Shown: positions 9,674 to 21,467, numbered from the stretch's first letter. The stretch is 64,000 nt of DNA from a virus (IMGVR_UViG_3300025693_000001), one strand, 5' to 3'. Notes: a model not told the origin generated them from the letters alone. Numbers and translations are program-made.

Positions 9674-10252
9674 TTATCTTAGTTTGATTGCTGTATCGAT
9701 TTTAGTCTCAAACGCTTTCTTGGCGTGTCCGGAACTAATAATCACATAGTCAGCTAAGTTGATTTTTGGATATCCTGCAACTCGCATCCACATACCCTTC
9801 CACAAATACCCAAGGTTGGTGGTGTATGCACGTTTGGCATCGATGAAGCCCGTTTGTGCGTTTTGGAATTTGTTGCGACCAGCTTCAATGATTGTTTGGA
9901 TTTTTGCATACATGGATGGATCCAATTCAATGTTGTGTTCTTTGAACCACTGGAACGTTGCTTTGCTACCACCTTCGCCCTGTCTAGCTGCCATAACCGA
10001 TGTCATTACATCTTTCATGTCATCTTTGTACATGGATGGTACAGATCCAGCTTCCATCACTTTTAGTGAATACTGGGCTAAGATATTTTCCATGTTGTCA
10101 TATTTTGCGACAAGTGAGTTTTCAGCTTCATTACCGTAGTTGTGTGCTGATACATAGGAAGTAATACCTACAAAAGCGACAACAGCCAAGACTGCTACCA
10201 AGATAAGCACTGCCTTGCCGTTATTATTTCTGATTGATGATGTATTGTTCAT
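9674..10252 (-). CDS. N-terminally anchored membrane protein, possibly LemA-like
   Basis: One N-terminal TM (AVLILVAVLAVVAFVGI), about 190 aa; AGGT Shine-Dalgarno before the ATG. Confidence 0.35.
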   Translation of the reverse strand: MNNTSSIRNNNGKAVLILVAVLAVVAFVGITSYVSAHNYGNEAENSLVAKYDNMENILAQYSLKVMEAGSVPSMYKDDMKDVMTSVMAARQGEGGSKATFQWFKEHNIELDPSMYAKIQTIIEAGRNKFQNAQTGFIDAKRAYTTNLGYLWKGMWMRVAGYPKINLADYVIISSGHAKKAFETKIDTAIKLR

Positions 10253-10571
10253 GTGTTACCTATTAAGTTTAAATTAAAAAAAAGTATTGCGACAGGAGTT
10301 ATGTTACCCTTAATCGTTTGGAAGGACAACAAGTTTTGCTACGTGTGGAATAACCTCAGTGCTGTTGGCTACGGAGTACACACATTCGTTGGTAGCCAAC
10401 GAATACATAATGTCTTGGTGTTTGATTACCAGCTTCATATAAAACGATTGTTCAACCAATGCAGCTTCGTATGAGTTGGATACGAATCTAAATACGTCCC
10501 CGTGTGATAGTTCACCAAATGTTGTTGGTACTTCAGTTACCAATAGGTTAGGATCTGTTATAATTTCCATA

Positions 10572-11207
10572 TTATAAAGCCACCAATCCAACTAAACAGA
10601 TCAACACCAACGTCAACCAGTAAAAAAATGTGGTAGCGTCACCAATTCGCTTTCCGTCACTATACGAGACTTCTTTGCGTTTCCCACCAGAAGATGATTT
10701 ATCGTAATACACCACCTGTTCGAATAAAAACAAACGTCTATAACAATAAATCCAAGCTGGTACCATAAACGTGAGCCAACTAAAACCAAAAATGACCCCT
10801 AACAAATCCTGCCCAAGATAGTTCCAAGCAATGATGAACATGGTAAACATACCAACCCTACTTTCGGAAAAATCATTAACAGCCATCCCTGTTTTTTTAG
10901 CAACATCGACAATACCATCACCAACAGCATCTATTAATGCTGTCCATTCGCGAACTTCATTAACTTTTGGAACGATTGTTTCCGGTACTGCTTTGTTTGC
11001 TGCTGCTAAGTTTGCTGCTTGTAGAACTATCTCCGCTCGTTGTGCATCTGATAACCCCTCAGCGATTGTTATATTTGATCCACCATATGCCGTAGTGGTC
11101 ATGGTGAATAGTAGTATTGCGAAAATGTATTTCATTGTGTTTCCCATTATATTAAAAAAGATGTTAGTATCGTCTACGTGATCTAAAAAGATCAACATCA
11201 TTAACAT
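10572..11207 (-). CDS. Integral membrane protein
   Basis: Several hydrophobic helices. Confidence 0.4.
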   Translation of the reverse strand: MLMMLIFLDHVDDTNIFFNIMGNTMKYIFAILLFTMTTTAYGGSNITIAEGLSDAQRAEIVLQAANLAAANKAVPETIVPKVNEVREWTALIDAVGDGIVDVAKKTGMAVNDFSESRVGMFTMFIIAWNYLGQDLLGVIFGFSWLTFMVPAWIYCYRRLFLFEQVVYYDKSSSGGKRKEVSYSDGKRIGDATTFFYWLTLVLICLVGLVAL

Positions 11208-12261
11208 GAAAGTACCATACTAATGCTGCTCCACCACCATATCCGAGTAATAAAGCCAAAATCAGAATCCAAGTTGGTGGTACTATTTCTGATTCCAGAT
11301 GTTCATAATCCTTCATCATCGGACGATCATATAGTTCGGATACCGTTTTTCCGATGAACGGTGCAAGTTGTTCAAAATTCAAAATCTTCATGTTGGATAT
11401 ACCATCCCGCATCGTAACATGAAACAGCTCATTGCCTGTATTCAAAGCCCATGTCATGATGTCTACCCAAGTTATGGTCATTCCGTCCAACCCGATGAAG
11501 ATAACAATATCATTCTTCTTACCACCTAACCACGTTTGCTCTACCGCATATCGATATGAAGGATCATCGATTTCCGTTAAAACAACTATGATATTAGCTT
11601 CCTTTGCGGCTCCTAATGTTTTAAGAATGTGGTCTATGCGTTTGTCTAGGACGGCTACCATTCCAGCTGTCAGTTCCGAATCAACATTAAGCACGTGATC
11701 CACCTGATAGTAATTGTATACGTGTGGATAGTTTGGTATTTTGCCCGGAAAGTCATCAGCACTTGCTCGTTCAGCAAAGATGCTTTGTGGAACAGCTTGC
11801 ACATAGTTTGTGTATGAGTGATTGGCTGCTGCTGGTTGTCCTACCGCACAATTCGTATATGCTTTTGGATTCGGATACAAATACACAGACCTTGATGTGC
11901 TATCCTCACTGTCAAACTTAATAGTACCTACTGACGATTTCGCATACCAATCCACTGTGTAATGTGTTTCGTAACAAGTGGAACATGATGTGTTTCCTTT
12001 GCTGTCAGTAGTACACATACAATCATACGACTCTTCATATGTGTCATGATCTCTATGTTTTGATGTAATGTAACCATTCAACGTTTCGGTGTCGGATGTC
12101 ATGCTATACTTACCGATATTCCACACGGAAACCATCACCACTGTAACTAACACACAATGAATTAGCATCTCCTGCTTTGTTATGGTGGTATTAAAAATTT
12201 GCTTGGATACTAAAGGGATCAGTAATGCGCCACCCAATAGTAATATTAATGTGATATCCAC
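11164..12261 (-). CDS. Membrane-anchored Cys-rich protein (365 aa)
   Basis: N- and C-terminal TM segments; a CMCTTDSKGNTSCSTCYETH cysteine cluster. Confidence 0.4.
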   Translation of the reverse strand: MDITLILLLGGALLIPLVSKQIFNTTITKQEMLIHCVLVTVVMVSVWNIGKYSMTSDTETLNGYITSKHRDHDTYEESYDCMCTTDSKGNTSCSTCYETHYTVDWYAKSSVGTIKFDSEDSTSRSVYLYPNPKAYTNCAVGQPAAANHSYTNYVQAVPQSIFAERASADDFPGKIPNYPHVYNYYQVDHVLNVDSELTAGMVAVLDKRIDHILKTLGAAKEANIIVVLTEIDDPSYRYAVEQTWLGGKKNDIVIFIGLDGMTITWVDIMTWALNTGNELFHVTMRDGISNMKILNFEQLAPFIGKTVSELYDRPMMKDYEHLESEIVPPTWILILALLLGYGGGAALVWYFHVNDVDLFRSRRRY

Positions 12262-12667
12262 AGTTGTTACCTATTGATTTGTTGAAAGAACGTAAAGTAT
12301 ACCCTAAAGTGGGATGGAGTGTCAAGCGTGACCGAGGAACTGCTTAACCTGAACACTAGATAGCACACTGTGTCTAACGAACGATGGGTGTGCACGCATG
12401 TATTCGTTTTGATGGTTCAGCAAGTCATCTGCTAGATTACTCGCAACTTCAAGCGATGATCGATCAATAACACCGTCGCTGATGTGGGCCCGAATGAATC
12501 GGTTGGTACTCAACCCATTGCAGCACAATAGGTCGAATATGATAGTACCATTAAAACCAACCGCCTTCAAATCTTGTCCAATTGTGTTAAACTCATGGAC
12601 GGGATTAATTCCAGGTGTGGCGGTACATATAACGGTTAGTGCATTGACCTGCACTAACCGCAAATCG

Positions 12668-13138
12668 TTACTTGAGTGGATGCTCTTCATTGTCTTTTAG
12701 GTTGTTGTGATTTAAGTGGACTTGTTTCCAGAATTCCCGACGGTACTTAGTCATGGCCACCAATGCAATAAGCCACCAAATACCTGTGAACCAAAACCCC
12801 GATCCCAATCCTATGATACCTACTATACCTGAGGTATACAACAGCAAAGTGGCTAACCATTGCGTGGATGGTGTTATTGTGGTTTCGTTGGCGGAGTCAT
12901 GACTAGCTTGCACCACAGCAGCACCATCATCGACGAACGATGAGATTGTGAAAATGCATGCAAGTAACATGAGTAGCAATCCCCATATCCACATGACATT
13001 ACCAAAAATGGTAGCAATCCCAACGAGCCAGTTTGGCAATGGGTGAATGGAACCACCCATGTTTAATGCTGATGGATCGTACATGAATGTGAATATTGCT
13101 ACTACTTGTAGAGCTATTGATGTTATAATATGTTTCAT
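12668..13138 (-). CDS. Integral membrane protein (about 4 TM)
   Basis: Hydrophobic helices across the whole ORF. Confidence 0.4.
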   Translation of the reverse strand: MKHIITSIALQVVAIFTFMYDPSALNMGGSIHPLPNWLVGIATIFGNVMWIWGLLLMLLACIFTISSFVDDGAAVVQASHDSANETTITPSTQWLATLLLYTSGIVGIIGLGSGFWFTGIWWLIALVAMTKYRREFWKQVHLNHNNLKDNEEHPLK

Positions 13139-13718
13139 TTGGTTTTGTGTATTGTGTAAGTTAGTGGTGCAGGCTCAAATTTGCTGTGTTCGTTGTGGTA
13201 TTTGAGCATGGCATATAAAACGGATAATTGTGAATAATCAACCATGATTGTGTTACTATCACCAACAGTGATGTTAATACCACTACCATCATCATGGAAT
13301 GTACCTGCGGTGGTACCTTTGATGTGGTCATGCCACCCCGATAGGTATCCGTAAGTAACTTCAAATCGTTGGTTCCAAAGAACTTCCAACCCACCTTGCT
13401 CGTTTGCTGTTACCTCACAATCATAATCGGAGTAATCCCCGTGTTGTTTGTCGGTAATAGTAATGGAACGCTTCCGCTTTTTACATGCTACGGTGGCTGG
13501 TTTGCATCTGAAACAATCGACAATCGATTCATCTTCATCGAAGATGTATGCAATTTTTCGTGAATTAGGATTAATGCACACTCCAACCACCGTGTTTTGT
13601 GTATTAGATGACTTAAACGGTTTACCTGATCGTTTAACGACTGCGGTTCCTATTGCTGCAGATGCACTAGCCATAGCAGCCAAGTATTCTGATTTGTTTG
13701 TTATTTCTGGTTCTCTCA

Positions 13719-14831
13719 TCATTTTGTTTCCGTTTTTTCGTTTGAAATACCGTAGTTCTTCCAATTTTTCTTCATGGAAGCCTTGTAATCTACGGGACGT
13801 TGCATGTACAGGTTCATCACCAAGCCGAACTCTTGTTTGGTTAACTCTTGACCAGCTGTAATTGCGAAATCTTTGCGATCGTATCGTTCATTTGTTGCAA
13901 AAAAAGTTTCAACGGTGGAAACCATGTGGTTGTATCGTGTATCAACAAATTCTTGCATTTCATCGATAAGCACGATCGCTTGAGGGTCATCATAGAACAT
14001 TGAGCGCATATCGTCAACAGCATCATCAACACAAGCATCGAATAATCTACGTGGGCAGTTAATCGAATCTTTCGTGCGGTGCAACGACAAGTATTTTTCT
14101 GTTTTCAATTTGAACCACAAACCATCTGTAGTAATACAAACGAAGCCTTCAATGCTATCTGTCATGCGTGGTACAGATTCAACGAACGATACCACATCAT
14201 CTGTTTTTACGTTGGGGTATGAGTAGTCGATGAACGTTGACATAGAGGCAGGGCGATACAATCCTGTGGCAGTATCGCGGATATTCAATACAATCAATGC
14301 TGACTGCTCGTATCCTAACACGATTCGATTGTCGGGTCCCACCCATTCCAAGTTTACAGTGTGACCGTTTAGGGTGAAGTGCAACAAGTCCATTTTGAAG
14401 TCGATGTTCTCGTATTTGTTCAACCACTCCATAGCATCAATCGCTTGGACAGAAGCTAACGATCCTTTGGATTTTAGCCGCATTTCACTGCCATGCATGT
14501 ACGTTGAGATTAACGAACCATCCGACTTAACCATAATTCGATCAACAGTTGTTAGGTCAACATCCATAGTAAATGGATTTTCGTGCAAATTGTAGAATTT
14601 GTGCATAGGAAGTGCAGCTAATCTAATGGCATCCCCACATTCATCCAATTCAAACATAATACCTCGACATTCTTGCGCTGACGGTAAACAAAACAACGAA
14701 TATGATGCTAATCGATAGTTGAAAATTCGGTATTTAATGCGTTCGTGTGTGTGATCAGCGAAAAAGAAGGCATCGGTGGTTGATGTTAGGGCTATCAATT
14801 GATCGTATAAAGTTTGTTGGTATTGGTTCAT
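13719..14831 (-). CDS. rnlA: RNA ligase 1 (T4 RnlA-like, Rnl1 family)
   Basis: 371 aa from the ATG at 14831 (T4 RnlA is 374 aa). Nucleotidyltransferase motif I as MVKSDGSLISTYM (KxDGSL, compare T4 KEDGSL). The ORF-track start at 14867 is TTG. Confidence 0.75.
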   Translation of the reverse strand: MNQYQQTLYDQLIALTSTTDAFFFADHTHERIKYRIFNYRLASYSLFCLPSAQECRGIMFELDECGDAIRLAALPMHKFYNLHENPFTMDVDLTTVDRIMVKSDGSLISTYMHGSEMRLKSKGSLASVQAIDAMEWLNKYENIDFKMDLLHFTLNGHTVNLEWVGPDNRIVLGYEQSALIVLNIRDTATGLYRPASMSTFIDYSYPNVKTDDVVSFVESVPRMTDSIEGFVCITTDGLWFKLKTEKYLSLHRTKDSINCPRRLFDACVDDAVDDMRSMFYDDPQAIVLIDEMQEFVDTRYNHMVSTVETFFATNERYDRKDFAITAGQELTKQEFGLVMNLYMQRPVDYKASMKKNWKNYGISNEKTETK

Positions 14832-14876
14832 TAGTAAATATCCACATATGATTAAAAACAATAACAATACAACAAT

Positions 14877-15461
14877 ATGAAAATTATATCAAGAGTTGAA
14901 GCAAAACAGTTAACGCTTACTAGGTATTTTAGTGGACTGGTGTGCAGAAATGGACACACATCAGAACGATTGACGTCGTCGGGTGAATGCACATCGTGCA
15001 AACAAGAACGGGAGCGCCGGCGGTATTCGGCAGATCCAACATACCAAAAAGAACATTATCAAAAAAATCGGGAATCATATTTGATGAAACAAAAACAACG
15101 ACAACGTCAGAACCGACTATCATATCACAAATACCAACAAATGTGGCGGGATCGGAATCCGGACCACGCAATACAATATAGGATCGATCACCAAGAATTG
15201 TTTAGACTATATGCTGCTAACAGACGGGCAGCAAAATTGAATGCCACTCCAACTTGGTATGAAGCTGAATTGATAGCAGCTATATACAAAAGGGCTGCTG
15301 CATTATCACACGGCGGAATGACCAACTATCAAGTGGATCATATTATACCACTACAACACGAATTGGTTTGTGGGCTACATTGCTATGCCAATCTACGTAT
15401 CATCACCGAAGCGGAAAACAAAACTAAGAGTAACACACATCACGTGATGGCAGATGTGTAA
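14877..15461 (+). CDS. HNH endonuclease (CRNGH zinc-finger subfamily)
   Basis: N-terminal CRNGH...CTSC; C-terminal QVDHIIPLQHELVCGLHCYANLRIITEAENKTK. Divergent from rnlA across a 45-nt gap. Confidence 0.7.
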   Translation: MKIISRVEAKQLTLTRYFSGLVCRNGHTSERLTSSGECTSCKQERERRRYSADPTYQKEHYQKNRESYLMKQKQRQRQNRLSYHKYQQMWRDRNPDHAIQYRIDHQELFRLYAANRRAAKLNATPTWYEAELIAAIYKRAAALSHGGMTNYQVDHIIPLQHELVCGLHCYANLRIITEAENKTKSNTHHVMADV

Positions 15462-15480
15462 ACCAGAACTATACTACGGA

Positions 15481-15942
15481 TTACATGTTTAGTAAACCCT
15501 TTAGTTTATCTAAGTTTTTGTTGTATGCTAGAACCGGAGCGGTTTTCTGTCCTAATTGGTATGCAGCAACCAAACGGTGACGACCGTCTGTAAATTGGAT
15601 TAGTTTGTGGTGTGAGTCAAAACTGATAACAGCAAGATCCATGTACCCACCATCTTCCCAAAACTTTTTTGCGTTGACAATTCTGAAATTTTTTGCGTTA
15701 GATCCGCCATCAGCAACATCAGGATTCAATTGTTGCATATCGATTGTTTTAGAAAATAGTTTTTTAATATCAACATTAATCATGGTGAAGTCACCACTAT
15801 TAATGTTGTGTTGGTGCACACTCAACCCTTTGTCGACGTGTTTACCAGTTGCCCACTTGATGTTGTTTGCGTTTTCGAATAAGTCAACTAATTTCATGAT
15901 AATTGAGATATTTTGATTTGGTAGTTTTTGCGTATTCCCCAC
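15481..15942 (-). CDS. ParB-like nuclease / sulfiredoxin-fold domain protein
   Basis: FTDGRHRLVAAYQLG matches the ParB N-terminal-domain DGxHRxxA motif. Confidence 0.45.
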   Translation of the reverse strand: MGNTQKLPNQNISIIMKLVDLFENANNIKWATGKHVDKGLSVHQHNINSGDFTMINVDIKKLFSKTIDMQQLNPDVADGGSNAKNFRIVNAKKFWEDGGYMDLAVISFDSHHKLIQFTDGRHRLVAAYQLGQKTAPVLAYNKNLDKLKGLLNM

Positions 15943-17923
15943 TTAGAAAACACCAACGTTACAGTATTTGGGTTTTCTTTGTCGCGGGATTTTTTACGTT
16001 TTACGTCATGCGAATCTTTCGTGCGAGCAACAATTTTGTCGATGATGTCATCCATGCTAGTAGCTTCGACGTCATGACTTTTACTGTGATCCCCACCCAA
16101 TTCAACAACACGAAATGTGAATTTGCGCTCCAATGCTTCGTGAAACATAGCTGATGACATCCGCCAATCGGCTTCCATACCACGAAATTTAGCTAACTGC
16201 TCAACAGCAAACTGCAAATTTGTTTCGTATTGTTTCCATGCATTCTTTAGATCAGGGGTCGGGCGTTGCACACCCGACACATCATACGCTTTATGCACTA
16301 AATCTAGTGCATTTGCCCAATCTTGATCCAAATCTTTAGCACCGTTTTTGATATTTTTTTGCACTTCTGCAAAAGCATCTTCTGGTATTGCATCAAGAGG
16401 ATCACCGGCTTCTGATAGCACGTGTAAATCTTGAAGGAACGTCATATTATCGTCTTCTCGAGCTTGAACCCAAAATACCAACCGAACCTGGGCTTACGCG
16501 TGAAATCGATCTATCAGATGGTTTATCACCCAAACGTATTAAATATTTAGCATTGGCGATCTTTGCAACAAATGCTTTTTCTTTTGGTGTTTGTTTGAAA
16601 GGTGACTTTGGTGTAGCTTTACCACCATCATCCCACAAAGCATCTGCAGAATATACAGGTAAATCTTTAGCTTCCGATGCTGGTACACTACCATGGATAT
16701 CACTCCACGATCGTGCTGTTGATGAAGTTATTTTTCGTTGTTCATCACCAAGCATGGATCCAGAAGTGACCAATTTGAAGCTACGGCTACGGCTTCCTTC
16801 AAAACCAACATCTACCAGATATGTATTCCGTCCTACTTTAACAACGACACGGCGTTGATTGGGATGTTTTACAATCTTATCCATAGGTTTGGGTGAAGCT
16901 TTCCCCCACAATTCTTGAGCAGTAACAACTGGTACATCGGCTATCGTACTCTTTGCTACTTTGCTACCCTGACTGGAGGATATTTGGCTCCATGAACTAG
17001 GATTACGAACCCAATTGTGAGTGTCGCTCTCTGTTAAAAATTCTTTGAATGTTAAATCCATCACGCCGTTCCTTTAATAAATTTGTGATATCGTCCAATC
17101 GCGCCTTTTAATGTGGTCGCTGTATTGTACGCTCTGTGTGTATTTGTTATATATGTTGTCTTACCGGATTTGTCTGTCGATTTCCACACTGCTGGAGATG
17201 GGCTACCATTTGGTCCATGGTGCCAAACGGCTTTTTCTTTCATTACAGTAGCCCGTTCTTCGGGTGACAACTCAACCTTATGTTTAGTCAACACTTTAAA
17301 TGCAGATGCTTCGGCTAAGTATTCGGTAAACCGCATTACATTTCCATTGTGGTAAATTTGATGGTAACTGTTCCATCCTTATTTTTGACAGATTCTTTAT
17401 CACCAACACCGATCTTGTGCTGTCTGAATACGTTATCTACCGCAGCAGGGATTTTACCATCTTTGGTTGTGATTGCCAACACAGAATTCGTGCCGCCAGT
17501 TTTAGTTGCTACTGTAGCGTTAAACTTACCAGATGTGGCACTGTTTATCATGTCCGCAATGCGTTTGGTGGATGCTCTTGTTTTGGCATCTTCAACCAAA
17601 AATTGCTTGAATGTCTTTTCCATAGTATTTGAACCCTTGTGGTTGTTTTTATTTATCTATTATTTATTGAAAAGGCTACAAACCTTGGTGGTTTTGGCTT
17701 TTTTAACGCTTGGATAGGGTTTGCAAAATATTATTTAGATCTTTTCGTGATCGGTTACCATTTTCAGTGGTTCGTTTTAGTTGAGTTTTGGTGCGTATTA
17801 GCTCTTGATGTAGCTTTGCCACTGCAGTCCGCAAATTATCGTTTTGCTTGGTTTGTTCCTGTAGCAATCGTCTCATCTCGATTAGTTCTTTTTGGGTTTG
17901 TATATCCATGTTAATATTTATGG

Positions 17924-18238
17924 TTACCTTTTGCGCTTCCTACTAGAGGTGTCGTTGTTTTTACTATAGAAGTCTAACGGCTTCTTTTTCATCCACGAAA
18001 CAAACTTTTTCATTTCAGGGTGTTCGATAATCCTATCTGTTGTGTGATAGAAACTAAACAGTTCATGCTCCGAAAATGTAGCATGGATCTTTTGGTGGCA
18101 CATTTTGTGTATGTCTACACGATTTTCACCCAAGTGTACATCAGATGTACGGTTGCGGAATGTACGGGGGAGCAGGTGATGGGATTGCATTTGACCACCT
18201 GCTTCTCGTCCACAGATAGGACATTTAGGTTGATTCAT
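17924..18238 (-). CDS. HNH endonuclease (small)
   Basis: CPICG...SHHLLPR...NRVDIHKMCHQKIH His-Me finger; start taken at MNQPKCPICG. Confidence 0.6.
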   Translation of the reverse strand: MNQPKCPICGREAGGQMQSHHLLPRTFRNRTSDVHLGENRVDIHKMCHQKIHATFSEHELFSFYHTTDRIIEHPEMKKFVSWMKKKPLDFYSKNNDTSSRKRKR

Positions 18239-18704
18239 TGAAAAAATCCAACACACCGTATATGTCTTTCACCGTATGGATACCATGACGCTCACACAAC
18301 GCATTCACGTGCTTAGATCTCCAGAACTCATCTGGACACACAACAACAGTTTTGTCTGGTTTTGCCATGACTAACATCCCCAGCTCCATCATCGAAACAG
18401 GAGATTGTGTGTTGGCATCGAAATACACAACCACATAATCCGCAAACAACATAGCGTCCCAATCCCAATCAACCAACATCTTAAACGCTTCGGTGGTTTC
18501 CGGTTCAATCCAATTTGACGACCTTGGATTGAGTAGAGCAACGCTACTATTCTGCATTGAATCTGCTATCATTTGTTGCCAATCGATTGCTTCGTCTGAT
18601 GATATCGATCCTGCCAAAAATACCGAAAATGCACATCCGTGATTTTCGTACTCGTCTGGTGTTCTAATGTGTTTCATGTAATTCCCATTGGTTGTATTTG
18701 TCAA
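18225..18704 (-). CDS. Nucleoside 2-deoxyribosyltransferase-like protein
   Basis: VFLAGSIS ... MMELGMLVMAKPDKTVVV fits the NDT/LOG Rossmann family pattern, including the catalytic Glu in an ELG context. Confidence 0.5.
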   Translation of the reverse strand: MTNTTNGNYMKHIRTPDEYENHGCAFSVFLAGSISSDEAIDWQQMIADSMQNSSVALLNPRSSNWIEPETTEAFKMLVDWDWDAMLFADYVVVYFDANTQSPVSMMELGMLVMAKPDKTVVVCPDEFWRSKHVNALCERHGIHTVKDIYGVLDFFNEST

Positions 18705-19273
18705 AATTTCGTCGCTCTTGCATTGTTAATTGCTCAGCGTTGGACACCCACCCATTGTGACGTGGATTGCAACACATCGAGCACGAACAATCTTTCATAT
18801 TGTCACGAATTCGGGATGCTTGTTCATGTATCTGATCGGTGGTATAATCATCACTATACCACCGATCTCGCACCAACAGAAGTGCAGCTTTATATTTTTT
18901 TTGCGTTTGGTGGCGACGAAAAGCTCGTTTTTTGTTCATAGTTCACACTCAATACCCACATCACCATCCAACGGAATTGTTGGTAGATGTGTGAGCTATA
19001 TCGTGTGTAACGTTTTTGTTGTGTTGCTTATCATTGGTTATTTGTTGTGCAGGCTGTTTTTAATACGTTGGTGCATGTTATTCAATGCTTCCTTACGTTT
19101 TTCACACCCACACGGTTTTTTTGTGACCTTAGATACTGCTGCTGCAATTTTGTCAGCATGTACCTTTTTTAATTGCTCTTCGACGATATCGCCTAATAGT
19201 TTTTCTTCTGCCATTTTAGTATCCTTGTAATTGATGATGGTTGGCGATAAACCAACCATCGTGGTGATCTTAT

Positions 19274-20746
19274 TTATTGTTGCATTGGTTTACAGACTTT
19301 GTTTTTTGTCTCAAGATATAAAAGCTTGATTCGACGCTGTCTGCTTGGGAATGGTACTATTCGGCTCTCACCTTTCAACACAGCCCCATCACAATCATTA
19401 CATAGCAATTCTTTAACATCATTGATGTTGTTGTGTTTTTCATCGATCGTGAAGAACTTGTAAAATAATGTTAACATAGCGTACATAAAAACAAACAACA
19501 GAGCCAATGACCCAACCAATAACACTGCCCATTGTATCATACTCCACATTACATATGCAACATATCCAAACATCATAACAAGACCCACAATACCGATGGT
19601 GTTAACAATGCGCCACCCTAAGTTCTGACGCTTACACAACAATCGGTCGATATACTTAATGTATTTATCCAGTCTATCCCACATCGTGGTGTGAGCAGCC
19701 CACAATATCAACGATGCCAGCACATCAACGACTACACCAATCTTCACCAATGCTATTACCGTCAAACTAGTCAACACAACACTATCAACACTATCCAAAT
19801 CCGAGCCCATATAAATGATACTATATATGAAGGCTACGACCGATGGTATTAGTGGCACAAATGAAAAGAAATATTGGTTCAGTGTGCTGTATCCATCGGT
19901 GTGTTTGTGTGTGATTTTCGGCAGGTAGTCGTTGGCGAGCCAATTACCACCGTATTCATCGCTGAAAATATCCGCAGCATCGAATTCGAACACCTGCAGA
20001 ACCAAGTTCCAGTTGACGTTTTTTCTATAACCACACCCTGCCACAAAAAATGATAGCATCAATCTAAGGGTCATAGCCACCAACGCATACACAATCATAG
20101 CTTCCCACTTTATGGTACACGCAATTATCAATCGCTGTCTGTAGTTGCATTCATCCACCGCTTTGTTTGAGTGCCACATATTGACGAATCTCTTCATGCG
20201 AGGTCCAGGCTCTTTACCAAACACGCCTGCTGGGATTACCACAGGTAATGATGTATATTTTGCGATCTCACGACCAGCGGTGTATCCCTCACCTGCATAA
20301 TCCAACATATCTGTTGCGAAATCACCGTGCAACTTACGCATGAATTTTTTATTGATTTCTTTGCGACCACCAACAGCGTTTATAATCCAAGCGTGTAGAA
20401 TTACGTCTCCCGCTTTGGTGCAGCGTACGAATGTTTTTAGTTGTGTTAATGGTATTAACTGACGTTGCATTTCCTGTCTGCTACCTTTTTGTGCTGATAT
20501 CAGTAGGATGTGTGGATCGACAACATTTGATTCGTTTAGGGCGTCTATCAGCTCTTCTGTAATACACCAACGAACTTGGATGTCACCGTTAAGGATTTCT
20601 TGATTATTATCCCCCACCTGCAATTCAAAGTCAGGTGGGGGGTTTTTGTGGTGTTCAGCCAGAATGGCAGCAGTGTCTTTCTTTTGCTGTGCGACTTGCT
20701 TGTGTTGTTGTGACTTTTGTTTTTGTAACTTAGATTTTTTAGACAT
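19274..20746 (-). CDS. Two-domain protein: N-terminal cytoplasmic domain plus C-terminal polytopic membrane domain (490 aa)
   Basis: About 230 aa with a soluble character, then at least 6 TM helices; Cys pairs (CNDCDG) near the C-terminus. Confidence 0.45.
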   Translation of the reverse strand: MSKKSKLQKQKSQQHKQVAQQKKDTAAILAEHHKNPPPDFELQVGDNNQEILNGDIQVRWCITEELIDALNESNVVDPHILLISAQKGSRQEMQRQLIPLTQLKTFVRCTKAGDVILHAWIINAVGGRKEINKKFMRKLHGDFATDMLDYAGEGYTAGREIAKYTSLPVVIPAGVFGKEPGPRMKRFVNMWHSNKAVDECNYRQRLIIACTIKWEAMIVYALVAMTLRLMLSFFVAGCGYRKNVNWNLVLQVFEFDAADIFSDEYGGNWLANDYLPKITHKHTDGYSTLNQYFFSFVPLIPSVVAFIYSIIYMGSDLDSVDSVVLTSLTVIALVKIGVVVDVLASLILWAAHTTMWDRLDKYIKYIDRLLCKRQNLGWRIVNTIGIVGLVMMFGYVAYVMWSMIQWAVLLVGSLALLFVFMYAMLTLFYKFFTIDEKHNNINDVKELLCNDCDGAVLKGESRIVPFPSRQRRIKLLYLETKNKVCKPMQQ

Positions 20747-20803
20747 TACTGTTCCTAAACGATTAAATGTGAACCTTTAGTATACAGACAATACCCAATT
20801 ATT

Positions 20804-21340
20804 TCAACGCCACTGTGTCTTACGATGCTTTTTCCAACTATGGTTTTGTGAACGACAATAGTCATCCCACGAATTTGGTAGACTATTCACGTTGCGTTTA
20901 CCTCTCGGTTTAACAACGATACCATAATCGTCATACGCATCCCAGTTTTCTACTGCCTGTCTGCGCTCATTCGTGGTGCGTAGTGCTCTAAACCAACGAT
21001 AGCTGGAGTACTTAGATCCCGATAATCTACGAGGTCCTTTCCAACGGTACTTGCTTTTGAATCGTTTATTCCACTCGTCTATCAGATCTTGCAAGTGGAC
21101 TATTTCTCCATAATCATCACGTATTATGACTTCACTGTGGCGATATATTTGTATGCCATAGTGCTCATCCGCAAATTCTTGATGGTAAGAAAATGTAGTG
21201 AATTGGCTTCCAACTTCACCAATAGCTCGTATTGATGTGATATATCGGCAAGCTTCTTGTATATTTTCAAATGTCCACAATTTGCCATCAGTGTGATGGA
21301 AGATATGGATACGGTTTTGGTACGGTTTTGTTTCTTTCAT
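20804..21340 (-). CDS. Hypothetical protein, basic C-terminus
   Basis: AAGGA Shine-Dalgarno 9 nt before the ATG; clean ORF. Confidence 0.4.
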   Translation of the reverse strand: MKETKPYQNRIHIFHHTDGKLWTFENIQEACRYITSIRAIGEVGSQFTTFSYHQEFADEHYGIQIYRHSEVIIRDDYGEIVHLQDLIDEWNKRFKSKYRWKGPRRLSGSKYSSYRWFRALRTTNERRQAVENWDAYDDYGIVVKPRGKRNVNSLPNSWDDYCRSQNHSWKKHRKTQWR

Positions 21341-21437
21341 TTTGGGTTCCTTTAGTTAAAATATAACTAATGAAACCCACTTTTAAAATGTTTTATCATA
21401 ATATTGAAAAATCGTATGTTATTGGGTTTGTCTTAAT

Positions 21438-21467
21438 GTGGTGGTTGTTTTAACGTGTAACCACCAC
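21438..21467. other. Perfect 9-bp hairpin (GTGGTGGTT ... AACCACCAC)
   Basis: Inverted repeat seen directly in the sequence; no T-run on the minus strand. Confidence 0.4.
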
